DNA from: Phoronis australis | Lineage: Eukaryota > Animalia > Phoronida | Direction of reading: 5' to 3' | Length of the DNA: 64,000 bases | Assembly: GCA_002633005.1 (NCBI GenBank) | Contig: NMRA01000698.1 | Location: 106,360-170,359, forward strand | Shown: positions 26,113 through 40,600 of the stretch, one piece after another | How the letters are laid out: each line of letters starts with the position of its first letter | How positions within the stretch are numbered: the stretch's first letter is position 1 | Translations under genes and position numbers: made by a program | Notes under the pieces: model-generated | Databases searched by the model: none | Seen by the model: the letters and a program-made list of their open reading frames with translations, nothing else | Told to the model about the DNA's origin: nothing

Positions 26113-29100
26113 ATGGATATTGATGAATCTTTCCAACTCATAGGAGGGTTTGGATCTCGGCAGAAATGCATAGTATTCCTCTTAGCTACAGTGGCCAATT
26201 TTCTATCTGTCACTCAAAATGTTGGCATGGCAATTCTTGGATCAGAGCCCAAATTCTTCTGCCACGATCCAAATGGAAACAATCTTGGTAGAGGATGTGG
26301 AAGTCAAATATCCGAGAATTGCGTGCCTTGTGCTAACTGCAAAGACATCGTGTTTCAGGATAATTTTACATCTGTGGTGTCGGAGGTACGTAAACCCACC
26401 CTGTTGTCACTGTTTTGATCTGTATTATGCATACACTTTTTTTGCATTAAGTTTTTATAGAGAGTCATTACAGGTGACAAAGTGTATGATTTTATGAAAT
26501 TTGCCTCACTTAAGCACTGTTTGAACCTGCAATCCCCCCATGGTGGCAATGTAATACTCTGCTACCGTAGTTCAACCACACTCAATTAATGGAGTCTATT
26601 AAACGTTTCTAACTGGTAAAGTCACCAGTCTTGATGTCAGTTAGTGGCTGGCAGATGACAGCAACAATTAATAATTTGTAATAAAATCAGATTTGGTTGG
26701 TTTTTAGCTATAGTCTAAGCTAATCTTTCCAAGAATTGCATCGCATCCAACAGTACTTCCTGGTGATGTCCCTTTAAAGATTCTCTGAAGTTCTGCAATG
26801 AATATAGGGTAGATGTTGCATTGTGTGCTTATGAAAGAGCATAACTATGCCATTCGAATTCATGAGAAGACTGAGGAAGCTGGAACCAATAGAATCTATT
26901 GTGTTCAATACCACACTACATTAGAGACTCTGTGAACTTGGCTATTGTGTAAAAATTGCTTGCCCAATAAAACTAGTCATGACTTGGGTAATAGACGGAT
27001 ATAGCATGACCCTATTTTGAGAACCAGTTTTCTCCCCTGAACAGCAGGCATCAAACTGGTTCTGAAAATGTGACCGACTTTTGTCTCAACTTGTTCTTTA
27101 GCCATGTGGACGGGATTGTGCAAATGACCTTGCACACTTTCAGCTTGCCTCAAGCCAAGAAATCACTTCTCAACTGGGTTTTAAGCAACAAGAGGAGACT
27201 AGATGAGTGTTGCGTAGACACGAGAGCCTCGCGAAACTGCAAGATCGTGCAGGATTTCTTGAGATATCACCATGCGTTTTCCGTCGATCTCTAAATGAGC
27301 CCATACCAACATAATGCTCCAATGGGGGCTCTTACAGAAACATGAATCGAAAAAGCTCTCATGGGAGCTTGTTTGGAACCATTTTGCATTATTCTGTGGC
27401 AAAAGACAAATGTATCGAAAACGCAACAACATGTCATTATTGTTAAAGTTTTTCAGTATTCAAGTTTATCAGTGGCATGCCAAAGGAGGCGTCGTTGAAC
27501 TACGGTACTCTTATAGTAGCCGAACTTCGGTTTTAAAACTGAATACTAGCTGTAGTATTATGTCCAAGCAAACAGCAAAATGTACCAACAAAATAGTGGT
27601 ACTAGGTTCTGATCCCAAGATGTGTCCGCAATTATTACACAGTGACAGGATCCTGTTACCAGATGTTTTCAAATGAGTTAGAATTTTACGTTTTTGAAAT
27701 TAATGCCAATTTCATATTTTTTTCAGTGGTCTCTGGTGTGCTCCAGTGCTTACAAATCCGGAGCCCTTCAATCCTTGTACATGGTTGGAGTTCTGATTGG
27801 TACTATTGTCTTCGGTAAAATGTCTGACAAATTTGGCCGTGTCCCTGCGATATTTGCTTCAGCTGGCCTTATGGTTGTGTCTGCCTGCATCAGTAGTTTC
27901 TCATCGTCCTATGAGATGTTTGCCTCAACCAAGTTTGTCTGTGGATTCTGCAACGGAGGCTATGGCATGATCGTGACCGTATACTTGTCCGAAATTGTTG
28001 GATCCGACTTTCGAGCATTCACTGTAACGCTGACCAATGTCATGTTTGCCATCGGCATCATGATTATGGCTGTGATTGCATACTATGTGCGCGCTTGGAA
28101 GTCTTTAGTTGCCTGTTTGTCTTATCCATTTGTTTTGGGTGTCGGATTTTACTGGTGAGTATTTCATTAGTATTACAGTGCACGTGACGGTGATATGAAA
28201 TTTTTTAAAATGTTTGCAATTAAAGTGACATTCAAAGGTTCCTATATGTGGTACAATTAATATTTAGAAACTGCAAGTTAGCGCTAGTTTAATGTAATGT
28301 GGTCCAACTGTATTGCAACCATAAATAGTTTGTAAAAATGAAATTGATATTGATAAAATTGCAAAATTTCACATTTGTCCCTTGGAGGTGATTTTGGGGA
28401 AATACATAACCAACAGTGTGTAGTTTTATTCTCCAATAGGCTAGTCGTCCCAAACTAATGTAAGGGGTTAGTATGCAAATGTGTATTTGCCAACATTTCA
28501 GAATAAAAAAGAGGGTTTGAGGATTAAACGAGCTGGACATTCACATATACAGTTAGTACATCTGGGATTACGTGTCTGCTGCAACATCCAAAAATGCCGC
28601 AACGATCTTTTGTTATAGTCAAAATGGGAAAACATGGGTGTTTCTACAACACCGGAAAATGCTCTGAACGAATAGCGTTTTTTAGACTAAAGGGAAAATA
28701 GTGCTATATCACGCAGAAATTCACACTAAAATGTTGATAATAGTTACTTAGTCTATTCCACTGTGTGTCAATTAGCGGGACATTTTGATAGTTTGGTGGG
28801 ATGTGGTATTGACCACCAGCAGGGGGACATTTGGCAAGTATGCAAAATGCCGTGTTAAGACAGTACTATAATTTTATCTTGACGGTATTTGCTCTTTAAA
28901 TCTAAGCTGTTTAGCAGTGAGAGATGCTTTTTCACAAGAATTTAATGAGCAAAATATTGACTATACACTGTGCACTTTTACCATTTGTAGGATACTACCA
29001 CATGTGGTAAGGTGGTTTATAGTTTGTCATTTGACGATGGGCTTTTTGATCTTTTACATTGACTTTTGAAGGCTACTGCAGGAAAGTCCTCGATGGCTCT

Positions 29101-32100
29101 ATAGCAAGGGTCGTGTGGCCGAAGCAGAAGCTGTACTGAATGATATGGGCCAAAGAAACTGCGGAAAGACATTTGATATAAAGCTTAAGTTAGGTCCAAG
29201 CCGGCTAAAAAGATATGACACAAGTGAGCGGTCATTCATTGATCTGTTCACCCATCCAGCGATGAGACTCAGGACTGTGCTCCTCTGCATTGTTTGGTGC
29301 GTATTGATTGGCGTAATACAGACAACTCCTGGGTTATCTTGGAGTAGATNTTAAAGTCTGCATTCGAACTTGACTTGGATACGTGACAATTGCTCTACAC
29401 CATGGATTTAAAGATGTATTTGCATGTTCCTAACTATGCTATTGTATAGCAGGAACTAAATGACAATGCTATTTTACCATAATGTACTCTCAATGTATTG
29501 ACAACTTATCGAATATGTGAAAACAAAAAAATTCTACAAATGGGTGAACTTTGCACTAATGTCGTATCTCGGAGCTGACAAAGCTTTCATCATGAGGTGT
29601 TGTTCCCCTGCACCATGCCACACTACTTACTGGACACGGTTCAGTGATTTGTGGTGTATCGTTTTCGCCACAAAACTGGTTCTTACAAAAATTTGGCCAT
29701 TTTCAACCCACTTCATATTGATTTGGTCATGGCTTGGCAAATCATGACCTTCCAAACCTTGCTTATGTGGCCTGCTTACATGCTTTCAAAACCACGCTAG
29801 ACTTTGGCTGAAATTGGCGTTGATGGACATTTTTTCTTTTACTTGGTGAGCGCAGGTCTCAGAATGAGTCGCGTTAGAGACCAGAATCAACTACGCTATT
29901 CGGCCTAATGCAACATGTATTGTTCACTTTTATAGGTTTGTCAACAGCTTTGTTTACTATGGTTTAACTCTTGGTGCTGGATCCATGGGAAGCAATCGTT
30001 ACATTGCGGTCGCAATGTCTGGCTTCGTGGAACTCCCCGTAATGGTGGTGACTGTGCCTCTGATGAATCGTGTTGGGCGGCGTTCAGTGTTGAGCGGTGC
30101 AATGATACTTGCTGGCATTGGATGTTTCATTATCGTTCTACTCCCCCCAGGTAAGCGGCAAGTATTCAGGACTGTCACAGTATCTTAAATTTGGGGACTT
30201 TGAAATTCAAGCGCAAAAGATTTTTTTATTTTAAAAGTTAGAACAGGAGCAACCTTTGCTTGTGCTGTGTTTCTCAAATTTGTGACACTGCATAATGTAG
30301 AGTCTGAAAAATGTTTATGAAATGTCTCCCGCTACGAAGAGTCTCTTGATACAGCTAGGTGGCGGCCAGAGTGAATGGACCCATGTGATCAGCCGCCATT
30401 GGTTCCTGAAAGACCACCATTTCTTGGTATACTTTCAGTGAACTTACGGTACAAATTTCTACTTGAATCATGCAGCGTGGTTGATTACGTTTGGAGTATC
30501 GGTCAGTTCTGGGCTCAGGGTTTGGTCTCTGCTCTCTGGCTTGACTTATTCTCACTCGACAATTAACCAGTCATACTGCATGTTTAGGGCTCACATTTGT
30601 AAGTGTATTCAAAACGTGCCATGCAATTAGTCAATTCTCGAGTTAAGTTACAAGAGATTTGAGTGTTGAGCCCTAACCTGGAGGTGAGATTCTATGTCCA
30701 GAATGCATATCTTCTTTATATTGCAGGTGCTTATGGTAGCAAAACAGTCCTGTCACTTGTCGGCAAGATGTTCATATCTTCTTCATTCAACAGTGTTTTC
30801 ATTCATTCTTCAGAGCTCACTCCAACTGAAGTCAGGTAACCCGACTTGGTTTCGCCTGTGCATTATGTACTGTGAGCAAAATTGAAGTCTGTGGTTGAAT
30901 TCATGTTTTGGGGTGTAACCTTTGATTTTAGTTGTCTAGTATGGCAAGGAAGGGTACATAAAATCCCCCAAATTGACGGAAGATGCTCCATCTCTAACCT
31001 TATTTACCTGTTCCAGTTAGAATTTACGATTTTGGATTCATCTAATTTAGTGCTGTGAGGGATTTTTGAAATTAATGTTACTAGATGGCATTGTTCTAAG
31101 TCATTCACATCACGTTTTAATGAAAATGAAGTAATGAAATCGCATGCTGTATTAATTTTTTTGAGTACAGTCCCAGAAATCACTTTCGCATTTCATCCAG
31201 GTTCTCATTCACTCCCTTGCATACATTCAATAGTAAGACCGAGCTCAGAGGAGTAGGAGACACATATATGTAATGCTTGATTCTCAGCCAGTGAAACCAG
31301 AATTCAAACCCAGGTCTCCCAAACAGGAGATTCCAGAGCTCAAACCACTGAGCCACACTGTCTTCTCCAGTGCAGTACTAATGTTTAGTAAGGATTGCAA
31401 ACTTAATGAAATCCAGTTTATGGCAGTATGCGTACATTGATATAGCATTAGAAGCTATCCACCTTCATTTGATCTGTATATTTTTTAATTTATTTTTCTC
31501 GGTTTAATTAATTTGTTGTTGCATTTCAGTTACCCACATAATTTATGTGTTTAATGTCGTGGTAGCATTTTGTTGCTATTCCCCTGTCTTCTGCTTTATT
31601 TCCAAAATCTTGTGGCAGATGTTTGTGAAATTTTGCCGACATGTTCCTGTTGTAGATGGGACAGCACAGCCAAATTTTTGGATCATGCTAAATCCCTTTA
31701 GAGAGGAATTTGGATTTTTTATGTTATTCTCTGTATCTATAGTTATTTGACAGATTTTTAGGAAATTTGGGAAATCATTATAAATTTGTTCAGTTAGGCC
31801 TATTGCACTTGTACCTCAGAGCACAGGAAAGCGATATGTCACAAAGTAAAAGCCTTGAGTTCAAATACCTTTTATGTGCCTGCCACTGTTCTGTGGATAG
31901 AGTTGTCTGATTCTTGGTGATGCGTGATCTTATCTTGTCATGAACACTGTCTAATAAACAACTCATGCCTAATTTACAAAAAGCTTCAAACATAAAACTT
32001 TGCAAAAAAACTTTCACAATGTTTTTCATGACTAAATTAATTATCAGTCTTGGGTTTTGGATTTATTACTAAATAACAACTTTAAACAACATCTGAGGAT

Positions 32101-33088
32101 ATTGTCTTGCTGACTATACCGATTAACTAGTTTCTAGATAGTTTAAGGATCTCCACGTACTAAACATAATAGACACAGGTTTATTAGGTAGTGCATTAAT
32201 GTGTCTGAGTTAGTAAAGGGCTGTGACATTAGAAAATTTCGTTTTAATAGGTTTGCATTATAGAGACAAAGTCACCTCATTTTCAGACAGATTTTCCATA
32301 CTCTGTCTCCCTCCCTGGTGTATCGTGAGTGATTTGTGAAGCATTACACTGTTCTGTTGCAGAGCGATTGGAATTAGTGTTTACAACATGGGAGGAAGGC
32401 TTGGTGGAATTTTAGCCCCCATGGTGTCATCACTTGTAAGTTCATTTGGTTAAATGCCTTCTGTTTCTAATAAAACATTCAGGACTCGGGGTCTGCTACA
32501 GTAATCTTTTTGCTAAAAATCAAACTCAAAATTATTTCTGTCATTTTCTATTCGACTTTTGTTCGAACACAAGAAAAGCATCTCATTATTTTGTGCTATA
32601 GTACATTATGTTTTTGGCCTATAAGGTTCTAGTACAAGTCCGCACTTGATGCCCCATAGATTTGAGCTATTACCTAAAATTTGAAATTTTTAGTTCAAAC
32701 TCGTATTTCATTATTATTGATGATGTCATCATGTGAAAACTAGGATTAGACAGTTATTTAGCTTCGTCATGATGACTGCAGACTATTTGAATGTGATTGG
32801 ACAGTTGATAGACTATTTGAATGTGATTGGACTGTTGATAGACTATTTGAATGTGATTGGACTGTTGATAGACTATTTGAATGTGATTGGACTGTTGATG
32901 CGCTTATATTGACAGGTGTTGGTATATTGTAGGACATGTTCTACCCATCTCTGCAGTTTGGTGTCTATGGTATGTTAGCTCTGGTCGGAGGCCTTCTCAA
33001 CTTCAAGCAGCCTGAAACACGGGGCAAGCCTATGCCGGAAACATTCAATGACCTTGACCCAAGCCCAGTGTTCAAATACCAGTCATGA
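26113..33088 (+). CDS. SLC22A15: SLC22-family organic cation/zwitterion MFS transporter, SLC22A15-like, 7 coding exons, 492 aa
   Basis: Exons: 26113-26385, 27727-28154, 29072-29296, 29936-30150, 30727-30835, 32363-32435, 32933-33088. All GT-AG and phase-consistent, 1479 nt. SLC22 motifs: TSVVSEWSLVC, SDKFGR, ESPRWL, FVYYGL, GRR, ELTPTEVR, PETRGKPMPET. The N-terminus MDIDESFQLIGGFG, the short first loop and WLYSKGRVAEAE resemble SLC22A15 as recalled; the subfamily call is less certain than the family. Confidence 0.9.
31285..31360 (-). mobile_element. tRNA-derived SINE head in an SLC22 intron
   Basis: On minus: A-box TGGCTCAGTGG and B-box GGTTTGAATTC at tRNA-like spacing; no full cloverleaf. 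Confidence 0.6.
32781..32899. repeat. 30-bp minisatellite, 4 copies, just upstream of the last SLC22 acceptor
   Basis: GACTATTTGAATGTGATTGGAC(T/A)GTTGATA x4. Confidence 0.95.
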
Positions 33089-36000
33089 ATTTGATTAAGA
33101 CAAGACGCCGTGGTTTTTTGTTAAAATAATTTGTGGCGGTGTTCTATTTTAGGTGCTAGAATTTTTAATGTATACGGTGCAATTTTGAACTTTTTTCTGC
33201 TTGTTTTTTTTTGAAGAGACTGGTTACATTCACAGAATATGAATCGTCAAGGAATCTAGGAATGTAAGATCTGGGTATTTTGTACTTTTCAACTATTTAT
33301 TATTGACCTAATTCTGAATCGGTAGTTGTAGCATAAATGACATATTGTGTCAATGGGGATTTTCTTGACTTGACTTTGTGCATTACTGTCTTCATCTTTA
33401 AAGTCCCTGTTCATGATGTCAGAAACATTTATTAACTTTTTGAGACCACTCTCCACTGTATAGCTGTTCCTAACTTGCCTCACACTCTGACAGTTCCAGA
33501 GTCATTTTTTTTCGTTAGTGTTAGATATCACTCAGTAGAGTGGTTTCTTGAGCAAGTGAGGTGTAGAAAGCATTGGGTAGAATTTGTTTTTGTTTTTAAT
33601 TGTCAATTCAACACTAGGTGGTGCTGTTTTGGATTATCAGTCTTTTGTAGGATTTTGTTTATGACATCAACACCAGGTGGCTTGGGGCACGAGAAGATGA
33701 GTGAACTCAACAGCATTTATTGGAATTGTTTAACTTAAGACTTCCTGAAATTTACCTCGTTTGTCAATTTGTGATACGTTTCTACTAGTCATTCATGAAT
33801 TATGCATTGAAGATTATAGCATCGGAGATGCTAGAACCAATAAGAGTATGTTTGCACGTGTTGATATGACTGCATAATATATTTATTTAGTTTCTATGGA
33901 GACTAATACATTCCGTGAAATTGGAGGTCAGGGCTGGTTGCAAAAAAATTAGGAACTAATGCATGTCCCCTCTGGCTAAGTTTCAGTATTTCACATTTTG
34001 TTGTTTAGGAGCTGTGATGCCAGGGACTGGGTTCAGATAGGTGAAAGTGCTTGTGTGTTGTTTTATGTTAACAGGCAGTTGAACTTCGTTACGAGGACTT
34101 ACGAAATTTGTTCATTGCATCGGTAGTTCATAGTAACCAGCGGGGTACACTTGCATGGAATAGATAAATTTGGGACTTGGAATGTTTGTAGGTTTCGTAT
34201 CCGACGATCAATTTTAATGCTTGGAGTTTCTCATGCTATTTGTTGTAATCTCGCTTTTTACAAAGTTTTCTTGGCTGCATCAATGTATGCAACTTTCCAA
34301 TGCCAGCGAAGTTTTAGTGCTGTGCTGTGGACTGCTACTCTGACTGTAAAGTCGGACAACTTGACAAGTGATGCGGTCTTACACGATCCCCAGGTATGTC
34401 CAAATTGAGGCCAATGTTACTAAGCATTTTCTTATCTCCAGGACTGAGGGGTCTGTGCATGACAGTTGCGAGTATGCTCGCATGCAAAGAACACATCAAG
34501 TGTGCCAAGGCAGCAATGAACTTATTATTTCAAAAATGGCTGTACGTCGTCTTTGTAGGTATCGAGCTATTCAATAAGCTGTTTCACCTCGGGTATTTGT
34601 TGATGTTGGAAAATGTGGTTATTATGCTATAAGAAAAAATGTTACATGTTACTATTAAAATATTTATTAAAATAAAATAGAAAAAAATAAATATTAACTG
34701 GTGCATTAACAAATTCACTACATTTGTTTGTCATTCACTTAATGCATAACCTACCAAGGCAATGACAGAATAAATTAATCATGTTTTTTAATTCTTGTGC
34801 AAAGGAGATCAACCCTTGTGGGATTGTGCCTGCAAAGTTTCATGCTATTTTACACAATAGCCACATTTCATTTCACAAACACAACCCGTGCACAATCCTA
34901 GGTTTTTTTCATATTAATATGTTATGTAATTTTTGTACACAGATGTGCTCATGGTAAACACAACAGTCTTATCAGCACACAGTGGTTCTGTGCATCTTAG
35001 AAGTAACAACAGGATTGTTTTAATGGCTCGCTTTACTTGACAAGCGTAATTTGCTCGCCCAAGCACTTTAGTGTGCTCAACACAAATTAAGACTAGACAG
35101 TACACTTGTGCAATTACAAATGTGTGCGTTACACGTTCAAATGCGCATGGCTACATTATACTTGGTATTGCTAAGAGGTTGGCTTAGCAAATGACATCTC
35201 GTGCAACTATTCAGTAGTGAAAAGAGCTAAGCAATGATGTGGCCCCTTCACAGTGTGTTGAGGCATGACAGGAACATCTTGTTGCTTTAATGTTACTTCA
35301 AACTGTTTTTATCCTGTACAACAACTTTCTGTAATAACTGCACTTCTGACAATTGGAAATGATCGACCCTTTTCCGTCAGTGTCTTCACCAAGTTGAAGT
35401 TTGACTTATAGGCAGATTTCCGTTTCAAAATTGCCGCATTATTTTCTAAAATCGCCACAAGCAAGCAGAAATCACACCTTGAATGAACTTGTTACTGTGA
35501 CAACTAACAACACATGGAGAATAATGAACTTTAATATATTAAATAAATTAATGCAAAAATGTTAAAATTTACACGGGACGACTTTTGACTAGAATTCAAT
35601 AACACATTTCATATAAGAAAATGTGCTTCATTGACAACAAGAACATTCAGTTAGACAATGCACTCAAACCCCAAATGACAATGATATATGCCAATAATTG
35701 AAACTTTTGATATGATTGTCAAAAAAATTGCCAAAACACTACAATTTTATTAACAGACTACCTCACTTAAAAATCCGCTAACACAGGTGTAGTTCCCAAA
35801 AAGTTTCGACATGGACTATTCTCTAGCCCTCCACCATTTCTAAATGTTATCTCAGCCAATCACAGGTTGTCATCTCCTTGGTGCTCCAGTTGCTGATATT
35901 TCATTGCCTTCTGTCTCAGGTACCTCTGTGCAAGTATTATAATAAGGCAGCCACTTAGAATACCAACCAGTAAAACAGAGATGAGGACGGCCACTATAGT

Positions 36001-37687
36001 TCCTGAAACCAAACATGTGATGTTGAATTGGACAGCGTATACTATTTCTCCCTCCTCCCTCCCTCCCTTCCTCCCTCTCTATTATACCATGCCTGAGGAA
36101 TGAGTTTGCATATAACATAAATGTCATGACAAACATACCGTATGTGAGCAGGGTTAGTGCTACGAAGTTACAACAAACTTTCATCTATAACTAGCTCATA
36201 CCACTAGTCCAGTAAATTGGCATCAACTTGTTCCTTACACATATTAGAAGTGCTTACTGTGCTATGGAAGAACTCAGGTATAGTTTCTTACTGCTTGTGA
36301 TTGAGTTTTTTAACAGAATGGGATTCGACCTATATACTAAACCCTGTTGTGATGATTTCCACCAATTCTCGTTCTATCCCCTGTTAATACAACACTGGTG
36401 TCAATCTTCCAAGTTAAACGCAGGCATCAACTAAAGAACACTCATACTCCATCTCACAAATTGTATATTGTGGTCCTTGGTGGGTGGTCTTTTCTCACAG
36501 TTGCCGTGTAATTCACTAAAAGCGTAGCTCATCCTTGCCCGTTTAACAGACTGTGAAAATAATTTTCAAAGTTTCCTCCAAACTATCAAGGGTTGTCAAG
36601 GATTACAAAGCATTATTTTATTTCAAAGAACTGGATGCCTTTGGGAAAATCGTTTTTAGTATCTATTAATAGGCCAAAACCGGGTTTGGTATCCTTTCTC
36701 TCCATAAAGAGCAATCATGAGGTTTGGCAGATATAAAGATAAACACATAATGACATAACAAACACAGTACTTAATGGAATCTTTTCAAATATGGTAGATG
36801 CTATAACCTCCAATATGTAATGGCCACAAGGGGGTGCTGCAATAGTGAAATATGTCCCAAAATCACATACAATTGTCAAGTTTCAGATTGAAATCAATCG
36901 CTTCTCTCATGTCTTCCGTAAAGCTCTTCCACCCAAAATAACAAAAAAGCCATTTGTTAAGATCAAAAAGACCACCTGCGATGCTGCAGTGGTCTAAGTC
37001 ATTAGAAAATCGTCTAACTGTCTTGCAGTCACAACAAATTGTCACCACATACTGTATCCCTCTATTAAACTTCATTGAAATCTGTCAATCAGTTCCCTAG
37101 AAATCATTTGGATATTATGCTTTTCTTAAAAATGCTGGCAAGTCCTGCCGGGGCAGAGGCAGATTGAAAAAATACATGCACCGCCCTAGCTATTCCCTAC
37201 ACCCTTGTGTCAAATTTCTATAAAATATGATTAGGAATTTTTGACATATCGATTTGACAACAGGACAACTAAACAAAATTGTCACTAGGTGGTGCTACAA
37301 TGATTGAATGGGTCTGGACATTGACTGGTCTCATTGTCATAAACAACTTTGAGTCCCCAGGCTCTGGTGGTGACCGTATCAGTTATCTGAATAAAAATAC
37401 CATTAAGTATTTCAATCACATTGTGTTTTGACGGGAACGTTCACCATTCTCAAGCTAAGATGCCAAGCTCCAAGGCTAACAATTCTTCCATAAAACCCTA
37501 TAATTTCCAAGAAAAAGATTGTGACAAACTTCAACAAAATTTGTCACTTTCATAAAATTTATGATGAAAATTCTGAAGAAAATCAAATTAATAATTAAAG
37601 ATCCCTGAAGAAAAAGCCTGAAATTCTACGCACTTCTCAGTGAGAACACATTTGTCAACTGTTTTTGACAATTAAAACATGAAGCCT

Positions 37688-40600
37688 TTACAAACCTTTC
37701 CCACCAAAACACACCCTGGCGTCACCCACATATGTTCGTTCCGACGTTTCTCTCCGGACGTCATATTTTGTTGTTGTTGCTGACGCACGTTTCGTTGCTT
37801 TTACTGCTTTAGTAATTTCTACTGGTGAATTCTCTGACGTCCTTACAATCACTGGCGTCGTCTGATCTTCGGGCCCAGCACTTAGGACCCACTCGGTAAA
37901 AATAGTCCACATTGTTTGAGTGAGGGACTTGACATTGGGATCTACAGACGAGTAGTCCAGCTCATCAGCATTCCACATGCCCACTCCTATGGAAAGAAAA
38001 GTCAGACCAGGTCCAGCGTGACAAAACCCACTGTTAATCTGAACACACGGGTCATTTTGAAGAAATACCTAAGTTATGAAATATGCTATGCTAACAATAT
38101 CATGCATTTTCCAGAATCTTGAGAACATACTGATGGTCTGGCCACAATAATGCAAAATGCAAAAAAATATCCTAAATCAACCCTTCGAACATTGCAATTA
38201 ACACCTAAAACTGTAAACTTGTTGACCAGTACACAGGCAGGCTTTCTCAGTCTTATGTCTATGATCGCCATAGCAACGAGCAGTTCGCTGGCTCCAAGTC
38301 CCAGGTGGTTTGAAGCAGCAACGGCCCATGCACTATGAAACTAACCCAACAGCCAGACAACACGTCGGGCAGAATTTCAAACAAGACAAACCTTTTAATC
38401 CTCTGTAGAAGCCATACTCCAACTTATAGAGTAAACTGGGCGGGTCATCGTACCACACCTGATTCCAGGTCTTGGTTCTGTTGTCCTACAAATGTTTGGT
38501 CACGTCATTACACATGGTCAGCTATTTTTCAAGCCACGGCGTCGGAAACTGAACATTAAGTATGCAACATTGCCTGTGGATATTCAAAGGTTACATTAGC
38601 AGAGCGAAAATCATAGGGTACCGAGGATTTCCACAAGATCCCCATGGAGGTTATTTCAAAAAGAGTTTTTGTTTTGAAAACCACAGGAACATGGGGCACA
38701 TACACGGAAAACATGGGCAAGACATCATTAATTTTTGTCATTTAACACAATGACCATAAACATTTCAAGTCTTCGAGTAGCTAAACTACAAAGTTACACA
38801 GATAATCCCAGCTGGAATTTCAAATGCGTAACTAAAAAGACAGTTGTGCTCAGTAATACGAGTTTCCAAAACAGCGCCTCCAGAGATTTCTTGGATGCAA
38901 AATCACTTCTGGTAAGTGTGCAGCACCAAAGTTGTCAAGATTCATACAGTCATTTTCTACAGGTTTTGCAGTGCTTTTCCTATGCCCTATTTTTTGATTG
39001 TCTGTACACCTCAGTTAAGACTAACAAAATCTACAAAACAGTCAAAATGAATGTGTACGAAAAATTAAACCATAAATATGCATATAAAGTCTTCACAACA
39101 CATCGCCATGCATTAGAAGCAAAGCATATGACCACACTAGCTATCAAGTGTCTTGCATGAGAAACGTTACCCTGACTAAGGAATCTATCAAGATGACGTT
39201 CCTCAACAGTCAAGTCAGTTGTGTGTTAAAAAGTATTTGGAACACAATCATTGAGAAACCCATACATTTTTTGACCAACATGTTGTAGAATTTGGGGACT
39301 CTCTAACAAGAAAAATTCTCAGTGAAGAAAAGGCCATAACTGGTATGGAGGAACGATAGCTGCTTAGGATGTGGGAACGAACTCAATAGATGACTTCACA
39401 GTTAATGGTGTACATAAAGCCTTAACTCACATACCACTCACTCTACAACTACAGTAGAACTGAATTGGCACTAAAATAAGGAAAATCAAAATAATTTTTA
39501 AGCAGAACAGAGAGCCCAGCAGCCGTGAACAACTGAGGGACAGTTACCCTCTGGACTTGCAGCATTGTGGGTAAATAACAAGACACAGTCACAAGACTGG
39601 TATTTCAGAATGTGCCAATTGTTCTATAGTGCAACTTACATAGTACTGAAAGTATGGCGAGAGAGAGCCTGTGCTCCACTTCTTCTCCGCGCCTGTACTG
39701 TTCAACAGTCGAATGATTCTTGAGAAGTCGTATTCGCTGCCTGCGGCATCTGAACAGTTGACTCCACGAAATGGAACCTCCCGGATGTGGCAGGTATCCG
39801 TCTGAAAAATACTCCCCCAGTTAAACTTGACTACACAGTTTACAGTAAAAAGTCTCCAGCAAACCTTGCCCTACTTAGTCGGCTAAATCACATTGAACTC
39901 TCATAAAATCAGTTTCAAAATACATTTCACTTTAATTTGTGATAGGATTCTCTTCCCCTTACCTGCTCAAGTCACAACCAATGAAATACAAACGCCATTT
40001 TCGAATTTTGCGTTTTTAAGGTTGGCAAAGTCCAACAAAATTTGAAGCATTCCCTTGAGTCGCCAATGGTTTCAAGGTTCCTGTTTTTTAATGGAAATAG
40101 CAGTGTATCAAAAAACTAAGGAATGTTTTGACGTATAATTTGATTTTCAAGGTAGCTAAACAAGCCACAATTCAGCTTTAATTACTTTGCTCAATGTGAA
40201 GCTAGTGTCAATTTTGCACCAAAAGAACCCTTCGTTGATACCCTAGTAACCAGTCGATATTGGGCAACCTGAATCTACCGGAAGGTTCAGATCAAAGACA
40301 CCATACTGTTGTGGTAAACTAAATTGCCTCAGGCTGCTGATGTTATCGTTCTCTAGATAATGAAAACATCGGAAACACATTTGGGGCCACAACAGTATTA
40401 ATTTATCAAAATTTCTTTATGAAAGTTTGTAAATAGCATGATTATATTTGAAAAGTTAGTGAAAAGCACACAAGATTAGGTTTTTGAATTTTGAAAATTG
40501 GACCAGAAATGTGACTTTTACAACTTAAAGCATTAACTTCATTTAATGTTGCAATATGTTCCTCATTAATTCTGCTAGTTGTGTAACATAATTGTGCCAA

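Noticed and set aside
36973-37711. CFGGKVRRFS...C in the possible CTBS tail resembles a natriuretic-peptide ring
   Set aside because: The ring would be 16 rather than 17 residues, lacks DRI and LGC, and depends on an unverified exon.
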